A stretch of DNA of 64,000 nt, taken from positions 68,574,001-68,638,000 of the forward strand of contig NW_024704742.1 of the NCBI RefSeq assembly GCF_018977255.1, written 5' to 3'. The translations under genes were made by a program, and so were the position numbers. Shown here piece by piece: positions 35,619 to 46,569 of this stretch (its first letter is position 1; each line of letters starts with the position of its first letter). This DNA is from Callorhinchus milii. Its lineage: Eukaryota. Under the pieces are notes generated by a model, which worked only from the letters and a program-made list of their open reading frames with translations, did no database searches and was not told the DNA's origin.

Positions 35619-36260
35619 CAATGCAATATCAATCCGGCATCTGTGTCCTCTTCTAAAGGGGGTGTGTGTGTGAGGTGGTGGTTGGAAAGGGGGGGAGGAA
35701 GAGAGAGAAATCGATCCTTTTTGCAGCTGCTTTATTATTTTTGGGATACACAAATGATAATAATAAAATTAATGCATATGTAGATATATATAGAGAGAGA
35801 GAGGCAGAGAGGATCCCTTTGATGTGACTGTGACACTAGCACGTCTCTTGGCTCTTGTCAATTGCAGACAGAAGGAGCAGACAGTCAGCCTCTCCTCCTC
35901 TCTGCTCTGCGCTCTCTCCTTTCCTTCTTTGTATATAAAAATATATATACTACATATGAAACTGTGCAATTAATGCTGCTGAAAGAGGGGAAGGCGGGGA
36001 TTTAGAAAATGGGGCTTTTTTTTTTGCTCTCACGGGCTGAGCTGGAAGAAAGAGGGAGCAGAGATTGCCAATATCTGTCTGGACATTGTTGGTTTCTGCT
36101 GTTGATTTTGCTGCTTTGTCCCAATGGAGCTTTTCTCTCCCTCTTCTCTGATCTCTCCCTTTCTCTGTCTGCACGTAGCACACGCAGTAGTTTGCTCTCT
36201 CTCTCTCTCTCTCTCACTCACTCACTCACTCACACCTCACTCTCTCTCTCTGTCCTCTTT
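35619..36260 (-). other. RNF24: Candidate non-coding first exon (5'UTR) of the minus-strand gene, with several short uORFs; 5' end uncertain
   Basis: Consensus donor TTG|GTGAGT at 35618, inside a ~1.9-kb TE-free island with (GA)n/(TA)n tracts typical of vertebrate 5'UTRs. No ATG is in frame with either downstream exon. Confidence 0.5.
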
Positions 36261-36350
36261 GCTCTCTAAGTTGTTGCAGCACAGCGTTAGCGAAGCAGGA
36301 ATCCAATGCCTATGTGGCCAACGTGGTGGCGATTTGGAGCATTGCTTTTT
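36261..36350 (-). promoter_or_regulatory. Candidate core promoter region
   Basis: CCAAT at 36303-36307 and several CpGs at the upstream edge of the TE-free island. Confidence 0.3.
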
Positions 36351-38291
36351 TTCTAGAGCTTGGCACAAATAAACCTCCAGGCCACTTCCTCACAATGCCC
36401 TGTGTGTTGCGTGTATATGTGTTGTGTATATATAGTGTGTGTGTGTGTGCATATTTATTTATTTTCAACCACAAAAAATATTTACAGTATATCCAGTGAA
36501 ACGCTTTGAGACGTCTCGACGACGTGATAAGGCACTGTATCAAATGCAGGGATTATTATTATTGTTTTTGGTTGTCTTTCCTCTTTGGAGCAGAATTATT
36601 TTTTCAAATATCCATATTTGCAAATTGAATAACAGTATTTTTTATATATGTCACTGACACATAATAATAATCCTTGCATTTGATATAGCGCCTTATCATG
36701 TCGTTGAGACGTCTCAAAGCGCTTCACGGAAATACTGTAAAGTGGATTGACCCGTGTATTTTGTGGACAAAAGGCAAAAACACATTTGTTTTTCAATTAT
36801 TCACATGCAGAAACCTGCCACATTATTTTAAGAGTATTAAACCAGACCAACTTGAGAGCGCCGCACACAATGATGCTACTTACACAAGTAAATTTACAGG
36901 TCAGTACTTCCTCCCCTGTGGAGGGACACACCCTGCTTACCTACTTTTGGACAGTATTAAACTCAGGTTGGTGAGAGTCAAGGCTTGGATACCTCAGAGT
37001 GTATGTTGGCGGTAACTGATGGAATTTAAACAGCTAAAACCTCATAGCTTGCCAACGCAAGGCAGTGTCTGACAAGCTTCCCGCTGCTTTGAGACGTCCA
37101 CTCGATGTGAAGGGCGTTATATCACATACAACGATTATTATTTCTACGCTCCTGATGGTGAGAAACATTGTCATTCGCCATCTGCCTGAAATATAACTTC
37201 GAAAACCACCAATTTGCTACAATAAGAACAAATTTTACACTTATTTCACGTCTGGGGGGACGTCTCAAGGTGCTGGAACTGAGGCAAGCGAGCACCTGAT
37301 CCTATAAGCACCAAACAAGAGGGAATTTAAGGTGTTTCGAAAGAAAGAACAGTGTCAAAAATTAGACCCAGCATTCCAAATGCGTCTTCACCAATGATCT
37401 TATAAAATGTAACTTATTGTAATTTGCAATCGAGTTCCCTTGAGATACATTGCTGTTCTGGTATAGCTGTTTGATAACCATTTTGCATTGACTTTGGATA
37501 CTTTCAGCAATTGTTCAACTACCAACAGAAAGGTGTTTGTCTCATGTGCACATGTTCCCCATGCTCTCTGAAACTCTTCTGAAATTCTCCCCACACCGAC
37601 TATCCCCCCACCCCGCCTCACTCCCTATCTCCCTTCTTCTCTTGCTCCCTCTCCGCTTTCAAAACCAATCTACAAAAATGACAGCTTGTATCTTTTTTGG
37701 TCCACCAGGCGTCTTGACACATGCAGAAATCCATCAACTTGCTTTGTCTTGCATGGTTAAGAGGAGCTGAGTGGGTAAAATGTCTTGCTTCCAGTGACTG
37801 GTCTGCCCCTCCAAGGTCTGCTGATGACAGGCTGGCTAGTCTGTCATTAGCAGTCCCTCATACAGGGCCTTTCATTTCAGAAGAACCTCTCAAAATGCTT
37901 TACAAGACTGAATCCAAACAAAGACTTGGCGAATGCAGCAGCTAGCTTAACATTTAACGTCTCATCTAAAGTATGGCATGGAGGGTCAAGTAATGGATAT
38001 ATTATGTCATATGCATCAAACTTATATCAGTTCAAAGTCCCGATGTGAAGCTTGGGACATCCTCCTGATGTGAAAGGCACTATACAGAAGTAATTTTGTT
38101 GTTGTGGTTGTTGAAGCGACAACCTTCTGACTTAGAGGCAAGATTGCTACCAACTGAGCTAAGCTGACACGTGTATTAAGTGGTACGAGGAAAGCAGAAT
38201 TAAGTAAGGAAGAGCAGTAACACAAGTGGTAGACACACAGGCATGATAAACTGTATGGCCTTCTTTCATGAACATCCTCAGGACTCAATGG

Positions 38292-38471
38292 TAGGATGCC
38301 CATCCGTCCCTGATTTCCGGGACAGTCTCTGGATGAAATGTTGTGTACCATTTTGCCCCATCTTGAGTTCAGCAACAAACTGAGCAAGAACAATAACATT
38401 GTAAAACAGATCCACTCACTTATTTTATATGTTTGTCCCTGGATTTGATTTACAAAAATATGGTCACCTTA
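38292..38471. mobile_element. MITE, hAT-Blackjack-like (MER94/MER81-type termini)
   Basis: Termini TAGGATGCCCAT / ATGGTCACCTTA approximate TAGGGTGACCAT. Subterminal GTCCC/GGGAC motifs. The 8-bp flanks are CTCAATGG / TTTTATGG. Confidence 0.7.
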
Positions 38472-38934
38472 TTTTATGGGTCAACTTTAAGCCACTACGT
38501 CCCCACTCTGTGGGGCTCTCCCCCCTCGCTCCTTGTCTCCTGTTTTAAAAACCCTTTTAGAGAAAAAAAACCTCCCTCCTCGACCAATGCCGACCATTCC
38601 ACTGTGCTCAGTGTGTGGCTAAGGCTAGAGAGAGCTCAGCTCAGCCATTTACCCCCCCCACCCGATCTCTCTACAGGTCACCTCTTTAAGGGGAGGTGAG
38701 CTGCAGAAAGATAGACACTTCGCCCTCCCTCCTCTTCACTGTGCAGGCTTTGTGCCAGTGTCAAAGATGGCCACCCCCTGCCCTCCTCACCACTGGACCT
38801 CAGAGACTGAGTGGTACGAAGGGGGAGGTGGCTATCTTTGACGCTGGCAAGGAGGCGGCACCTGACCTAAAGGGGACCGATCACTGAAACCCACCACTAA
38901 AAAAAATATTTTGACCCGTCGCCTACTGTGCTTG

Positions 38935-39370
38935 GGTTTACACTTATCACATTTAAGCTGGTCTACTCCAACTCCCTGCTTGTCGGCCTTCCCAACTCTG
39001 TCCTCCACAAACTGCAGATCATCCAGAACTCTGCAGCCCGTGTCCTCTTCCGCACCAAGCTCTGTGACCCCATCAGGTCCATCCTCGCCTGGCTCCATTG
39101 GTTCCCCATCCCTCAGAGGATAGAGCTCAAAATTCTTGGCCTCACCTTCAAGGCCATCCATGGTCTTGCACCTTCCTCCATCCCATGGTCCCTCTGCCTT
39201 GTCCCTCCCTTGCCTTCTTCAAGACCGGTTTCAAGACCCTCCTCTTCAACTGCGGCTTCAGTCACCCTCCTACCTCTACTCTCCCCTGCCCTCCACCCCT
39301 CCTAATCCCAACAACCAGCTTGGCTGCGGAGTACCTGACTGCCAGGCACCTTGGGACGTCCTCCTGAAAA
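38935..39370 (+). mobile_element. L2 3' fragment with internal deletion
   Basis: LVYSNSLLVGLPNSVLHKLQIIQNSAARVL. Confidence 0.9.
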
Positions 39371-39829
39371 TTACATATGTCTCTGTGAAGAACTTCAATG
39401 CGTTATCATAAGTGAAAGGCGCTAAATAAGTGGCCTTGCTGTTGTTTGTGTAACCTATGTGAAACTCTTATCCTCAGAAAAACATAAAACCTCTTTGAAA
39501 CGAGAATTGAATCAGTCACAGGCTTCCTTTGGCTTTGTTAGCGATAGAGTTAGTGCTGTTGTTTTACTGTTTACAGACTTGTAAATAGTTTAATACCCAA
39601 AGATTAGAGGCATTTGCTTTCTCCTGTTATTTCTGCTGGGCCAGTTGTTTTGAATACAAGTCCACTGTGGCATTGTGACTGCAAACCAAGCAACAGGGAT
39701 CACTGCATGAACTTCGATTTTTGCAATGAAGGAACCTTTGACAATGGAAGGTGACTTGACCAACTATATAGTCTGAGGTGCTGTACCTCTTGTTGTGAAA
39801 TGTGCAATGAATTATTGAATTTATAATAA

Positions 39830-40184
39830 ATAATAATCTTTACATTTAATATAGCCCTTATCACAATGAGACGTAACAAAGCGCTTCAAGGAATATATTG
39901 GAAAGTGGATTGAGTGTGTATTTTGTGGGCGAAATGCAGCAGCCAATGGCGCACAGCAATGTCCCACAAAACAGTTATGGATTGAATGAATTTTTTTGAG
40001 AGATTATTAACCACAGAACATGATCTACCAATCCACTAACAACCGGGTTCCTAATTACTGCTAGGTAAACAGAGGTGTGTGGAGTAAGCAAACCTGCCTG
40101 AGGTTTCGCCGCTCCCAGTAATTGAACCCGGGTCCTCTCGCTTGCAAGGTGAGTTCTCTAACCACTATGCTATGGGACTCCACA
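39830..40184 (-). mobile_element. tRNA(Ala)-like SINE, long form
   Basis: Head, central CTGTTTACCTAGCAGTAA block and tail. Confidence 0.88.
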
Positions 40185-40479
40185 AATTTCTAAACTATAT
40201 GCTTAAAAATTAAATTTTTCTACACGGTCAACAATTTAGAAATTTGATAATGACACATTTCATGTGAAGAAACCGGTTAAGAAATACCGCAAATTAGCCA
40301 CCAAGAATTTTAGTAGGTAACTTGAAGTGGACAGTGCATGAGGCAGTCATGAAGATGTTAAAGCTGGAGGACAGAAATCGCAACTGTTACAACACATACT
40401 GTAAATAATAATAATCCTTATATTTAAGATAATTAACAAAAGTGTTTTTTTCTTACAATTAAGTTTTATTTTCTGTTGC

Positions 40480-40764
40480 AGATGAGTTGAGCGTAACAAT
40501 GTCTGACACCAGTAACTTCCTTGTTACTCCACCCATGTTACAGAAGATGTTGCAACAAATATAGTGACGGATCATTATCTGCCACGAAAATTATGGAGCT
40601 CGCACACACTGATTCTCTGGACGTTTAATACAGTTAAACATTTGTACTGAATACAATTAAGTACTTCTAAATACAATTATCATTATTCTTTTACATGTTT
40701 TAGTTGTTGATCAGTGCACTGTGTAAAAAGAAAGGGGATAACAGGACTTTGTGAACACCCTGTA
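40480..40764 (+). mobile_element. Tc1/mariner-type transposon 3' relic
   Basis: Degenerate C-terminus VTPPMLQKM...RIIICHENYGA resembles the TPxML...RLxxCxxxxGxH end of Tc3/maT-like transposases. Right terminus ...GTGAACACCCTG followed by TA (TA-CAGGGTG on the minus strand). Left TIR not found. Confidence 0.6.
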
Positions 40765-40869
40765 TAACTTATGCAACCACTGCACTTTATGAAGTCTCCG
40801 AACAGATTGATTTTAAGATCTTTTGTACACAAATCAGCAATCTCAAGTAGGAGTTGATTATTTCAGTAC

Positions 40870-41630
40870 CACCTTGCTAAGCCAGTCCCAAACCTTGGGG
40901 TCTTGTTTGACCCTCAACTGTCCTTTCTACCCCATATCTGCGCAATGATCCGCTCTGCCTTCTCCACCTCCGCAACATCGCCCGGCTCCGCCACTGTCTC
41001 ACATCGCAGGCCACTGAAACCCTCATACATGCTTTCATTACATCGAGGCTTGATTATGCAAACGTGTTGCTTGTCGGCCTCCCCAACTCCTCCCTCCACA
41101 GGCTGCAGAACATCCAGAACTCTGCATCCATGTCCTCTACCCCACTTGGCTCCGCGACCCTATGACCCCCATCCTCGCCCAACTCCACTGGCTTCCGATC
41201 ACATTGAGGAAACATTTGAAGATCCTGGTCCTCACCTTTAAAGCCCTCTATGGTCTTGCTCCCCCCTACCTCTGCGACTTCCTAGCCCCCTACCATCTTG
41301 TCTGCTCCCTCCACTCAGCGGGCTCCAGCCTGCTTCACGTCCTCCGCCTCCCTCGCCCTACTATTGGCGGGTGGGCCTTCCACCACTCTGCCCCCACAGT
41401 CTGGAAATCCATCCCCCAGTCCCTCCACATCGCCCCCTCCCTTGCCTCCTTCAATTCCCATCTCAAGACCCTCCTCTTTGACTGTGCTTTCGATCTCCCT
41501 GCTTCCCCCCTGCCCTCCACCCTCCCTGACCCACAGCTCGGGTCCGTAACTTTATCTGTCCTGCACCTTGGGACATCCTCCCGACGTGAAAGGCGCTTTA
41601 CAAGTGTAATTTTGTTGTTGTTGTTGTTGT
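40870..41630 (+). mobile_element. L2 3' fragment
   Basis: LHWLPI...KILVLTFKALYGLAPPYL, stem-loop and (TTG)n. Confidence 0.92.
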
Positions 41631-42896
41631 ATCAATGAGACTAGTAGACTATGAATTGTAAAACTATCATTTTGTTCTTCTCTCAATTTTACCGGTCGAA
41701 CATTAAAAAAAATTACTTTCCCAGAAATCTGCTGTGCAATTTAGGTTCCCTAGAGACAGCTGCCTAGTTTGCCTATAGCTGGTGCAGTCCCTCGGGAGGG
41801 TGGGATTTAAAGAGGCCATTTTCCTACCCGCCCCACTGTTTCTATGCTGGCTTCTTTAAGAACAATTAGTCCCATTTCAATCCCATTTACCTGCTCTTTC
41901 CCCATACTTCAGTAGGTGACTCCTTTTCAGGTATTTGTCTGAGGTGCTGTACCTCCTGTTGTGAAATGTGCAATGAATTATTGAATTTATAATAAATAAT
42001 AATCTTTACATTTAATATAGCCCTTATCACAATGAGACGTAACAAAGCGCTTCAAGGAAGATATTGGAAAGTGGATTGATTCCTCTTAAAGGGAATACAA
42101 ATGTAATCTTGTTATTGTTGTTGTTGTTAAAGGCCAATATGGAATGGAAACATTCTTCTAACCTCCCCGTTTGTTCATTTACTATCTTACATTAATGGCC
42201 TTCAGTCACTGACTCACTGACCAGTGGAAATAATTTCTCCCAGTTGACTTTATCAAAACCTCTATCAAAAAGGGAGTTTTTCACTCCTGATCGGTGTCCT
42301 GGCCTACAATCCTACAAATAAAATTGGTCCTTTGTTTGTTTCATGGATCTTTGTAGGACATTTGCTGTATGCCATTGTGCTGTTGCGTTTGGCTATAATA
42401 TACAGTTATTCCTTTCACAGCAAATGCTCTTTGAGATTTCCTTCTGATGTGATAAGGCATTTTACCAAATGCAAGGGATATTACCATTATTAGGTTGCGA
42501 TGACCAGAATTGTACTCAGTACTCCAGTGGTGGCCTGACCAGAGTATTATATACAGGTAGCTTGACTATGATGTCTGGGGATCTGACCTCAAATGATTTG
42601 ATAATAATGCCCAGGATCCTGTTTGCCTTGTTTCTCGTTGCCTCACAATTGGAAACACAACAAATAATACTCCCCTTTAAAGGAGCTTTAGTGTCCTCTA
42701 GTGGGAACCTGTGATAGTTAGTAGATAGTAAAAGGCGAATTTATTAGTCTTTGATAGTCCCCTGGTATTTTCAGAGCAGATACCATCTCCGAAACAATTG
42801 CTTGAACTCATAGATTGAATGGAAATGTTTTCAGTCAAACAGTGAGGCCTACATAATACACCGTTTTACAGTAAATCCTATGAAACACTTTGAGAT

Positions 42897-43276
42897 AATA
42901 ATAATATTAATAATCCTTGCATTTGACATAACGCTTTTCACATCTTCTAGACATCTCAAAGCGCTTCACAGAATATACTGTAAAGTGAATTGACTGTATA
43001 TTTGTGGGTGAAACACATCAGCCAATTATGCAAGGAGGGTCCCACAAACAGTTGCAGATTAAGTGACCAAATTATTATTGTATTTTTTTTAAGGATTATT
43101 ATCCCTCGAAAAATGATCCGCCAATTGCCTAACAACCGTGTTCCTACTTACTGCTAGGTAAACAGAGGCGTGGGGAGTAAGGAGACTTGCCGAATATTTT
43201 GCTCCATCCGGGAATTGAACCTGGGGCCTCTCGCTTGTGAGGCGAGTGCTCTAACCATTATGCTACAGGATGCCAT
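42897..43276 (-). mobile_element. tRNA(Ala)-like SINE, long form
   Basis: Full head, body and tail. Confidence 0.9.
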
Positions 43277-43995
43277 GTATTTGTTTGCATATATTAAATG
43301 CAAAGATTATTGTTATTATTAGAAGGGTTTGAATTTGCAGAGAGATTTATTTCTAGGTTAGACAACACAATACTTCCAAGCACTGTGCTCCAGCAGCAAT
43401 CACTTGCCAGCAAAAGAGCTCTGGCCCCTCAATGGACACTCACTACAGTGTTGTAAATACCAAGGCTTGCTGAGCTGTCCAGCATACTAATGGCTAAATA
43501 CTATTGCCTCACTACTCAGATTGGATTTTGTCCAATTCCTTTTGCAGCAAAGGCGCACGCATCCAGCGCTGACCTCAGGCTTTACACAGGGCAACTGGTA
43601 TCTTTGCAGTGAAACTGCATTCAAAAACCAAAAACGTAAATAGATTGACGTCATTATTTGTTACACAGAAATAGACTTGGTTTATCAATTATCTTAATGA
43701 CTTGATAATTTCCCTACATATGCTTTGCACACAATGGGGAAGAATTACCACGATTCCCCCGTGTATGCTAATCAAGATTCGGATTTATTTTATGTGAATT
43801 TCTACGTTTCTAAAATTGAAAAGCGTCTATTGATTATGTTTGACAACTGAGAGCAGACTGAGAGTAATGAAAGGAGAGTTGTTTAGATCAGCACAAGGAT
43901 TTACGTGTGCCCAGCGGACAAGTAGGGATCCAATCTTAATTTGTTGTTAACAGAAATAGCACATAGGTCAGCACAGCTCAGAGAGAGAGAGAGAG

Positions 43996-44026
<31 letters not shown>

Positions 44027-45169
44027 GATATGGGGAGATAAAAAGAAGAAAGAAAAAGAAAAATGAGAGAAAAAGTAAAAAAAAGAACAAAGTTTCATTT
44101 TTGGAACATCTTATTATCCATTGAAACATCTCAAAGCATTTTGCAGCAATTATTACCATATATAGTGACGCTTTTTGAAGCCATTTTGTGCACAGTACTG
44201 TCTCACACGCCTCTATGAGGTGAATGACAGATTAATCTGGAGGATTATTGGTTAGGAGATACTCCCTTCTCCTTTCAGAGCACATCACTCTGAAATACAT
44301 CACTCTATACAAATGTATACATCACTCTATACATTAACAACAACATTTGTATAGCGCCTTTCACTTCGGTGTTGTTGTTGTACATCACGTTACACTGCCC
44401 GTAGGATCACTGCTCCCATACAATCTACATGGAGTTTCCTGACAGTCAAAAGGAATTCCATGAATACCGCTCACCATGACACCCACTGCTCACTGTCCCA
44501 GAGCAGCCACGTTAGCTCTCCCAACCACGTCTTACATGGCAAAACCCATCCCGGTCCCTGGGAGTGAACCACTCTGCTCTCATTCCCAAAGCTATATCTC
44601 CTGACTCTCCTTCCCAATATCTCTTGTGCAAACTCTCTTTTGTCTGTCCCCAAACCATGACTCTCCAAAATCTATGCTCCCTCACAATCTCATCCTGAAC
44701 CAATAACTTGATTGATATTGTCGGCCTCCCAGAAACATAGCTCAGCCTGTGGCTCCTTTCCACTCACAGAAGCCACCACAGCCCCATCCCAATCACATTG
44801 TTCTTATTTTATCAGGCGTCTCACAGCTGTTGTGATGTGGAAAGCCCTGCTAAGTAAGGTGGTAGAGGCAGAGTCTACTTCAAGAGGGAAGTAGACAGGT
44901 ATATATAATAATAATCCTTGCATTTCATAGAGCACCTTATCACGTCATTGAGACGTCTCAAAGCACTCCACAGAATATACTGTAAAATGAATTGACCATA
45001 TATTTTTGGGCGAAATGCAGCAGCAGTGTCCACAAACAGTCGTGGATTTGAATGACCAAATTTTTTTCTAAGGGAATATTACCCCCAGAAAGCGATCCGC
45101 CAATCGACTAACAACCGGGTTCCTACTTACTGCTAGGTAAACAGAGACTTGTGGAGTAAGGAAATCTGC

Positions 45170-45194
45170 NNNNNNNNNNNNNNNNNNNNNNNNN
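45170..45194. other. Assembly gap (25 N)
   Basis: N run that truncates a minus-strand SINE (44907-45169). Confidence 1.
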
Positions 45195-46248
45195 AATTAA
45201 CATCTATACAGCGCTTTACACAACTCAAAGCGATTGGCTGAGCACTGGAGCCAAGGCACTAGGAGCTGCCAAAGTGGAGGAGGTGGGGAGGGGAAAAATG
45301 ATCTGAAGTGCGGTCAAAGAGGCAAGTAATGAGGAGGGCTTTGAAAGTGGGTTATGATCATCTCCCCTTTCTGTCCTCCCTTTCTCCCTTGCTCGCCGAC
45401 CAACCCTGGCAATGTAAATAATAATAATAATTTGATTGCTCAATCCACGACTGTTTGTGGAACACTTCTGTGCTCAATTGGGTGCTGTGTTTCGCCCACA
45501 AAATACACAGTCAATTCACTTTACAGTATATTCTGTGAAGCGCTTTGAGACAACGTGATAAGACGCTCTGTCAAACGCAAGGATTATTATTATTATTATT
45601 GTGAAGTGATCTGAGAAGTTATCTTACTGGAAAAGGGCTGTATAAATACAAGTAGTTCATGCGTTTTCAGATTTCTGTAGAATTTTTGCACAGAGGAGAG
45701 ATTTATTTTTGAGGTTGCTCTATTGTGATTAAGATGTTATGTTTTCGAAACTGCCATTTTCAGTGTCAGATAGTCTGGTGTATCTCTCGCCTCTGCCTCT
45801 CACAGTTAATTTGTCCCCTTCACTTTTCCTCTCTTCCCCTCTTCCAGGATCTTCGATTGGATTAAGGTTCCAAACGCCAAGGCAGGCCCAAAGTTCTGTC
45901 TGGTCTTAGCCTTGAGATCATTTTGTCTTAACAATTTAGGTGAATGGTAATAATCCTTACATTTGGTATCGGGCCTTTCACGTCAGGAGGATGTCTCAAA
46001 GCGCTTCACAGGATTTACTGGAAAGTGGAGCAACTGTGTTTTGTATGACATTACTGTGCGCAAAGTGGTTGGTGCATTCGTCTACAAATATACAGTCATT
46101 ACACCTTGCAGAAAAACTCTGTGCAGCACTGTGAGACATTTCAACATGACTATATCAAACACATGGGTTACTGTTATTAGAAAATGTTTTCAAACACTTC
46201 ACCGTAAATACTATCATATGTTGTGACTATGTTTGGAAGAAAACAGGT

Positions 46249-46569
46249 TAATAATAATAATAATCCTTGCATTTGATATGGCGCTTTTCACGTCGGGAGG
46301 ACGTTCCAAAGCGCTTCACAGAATACACTGTAAAGTGAATTGACTGTATATTTGTGGGCGAACGCGGCAGCCAATTGCGCACAGCAATGTCCCATAAACA
46401 GTCGTAGATTGAAAATGACCAATTTATTATTGTTTTTGGTTTTGGAGGGATTATTATTAGATGTGTGGAGTGAGGAAACTTGCCCAAGGTTTCGCTCTCT
46501 GCCTGGAATTGAACTCAGGTCTTTCGCTTGCAAAGCGAGTGCTCTAACCACTGAGCTACAGGACTCCAC
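46249..46569 (-). mobile_element. Young short-form SINE
   Basis: Near-identical to 16779-17108. Nested in an older SINE with only a ~3-bp (TTA) duplication. Confidence 0.95.
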
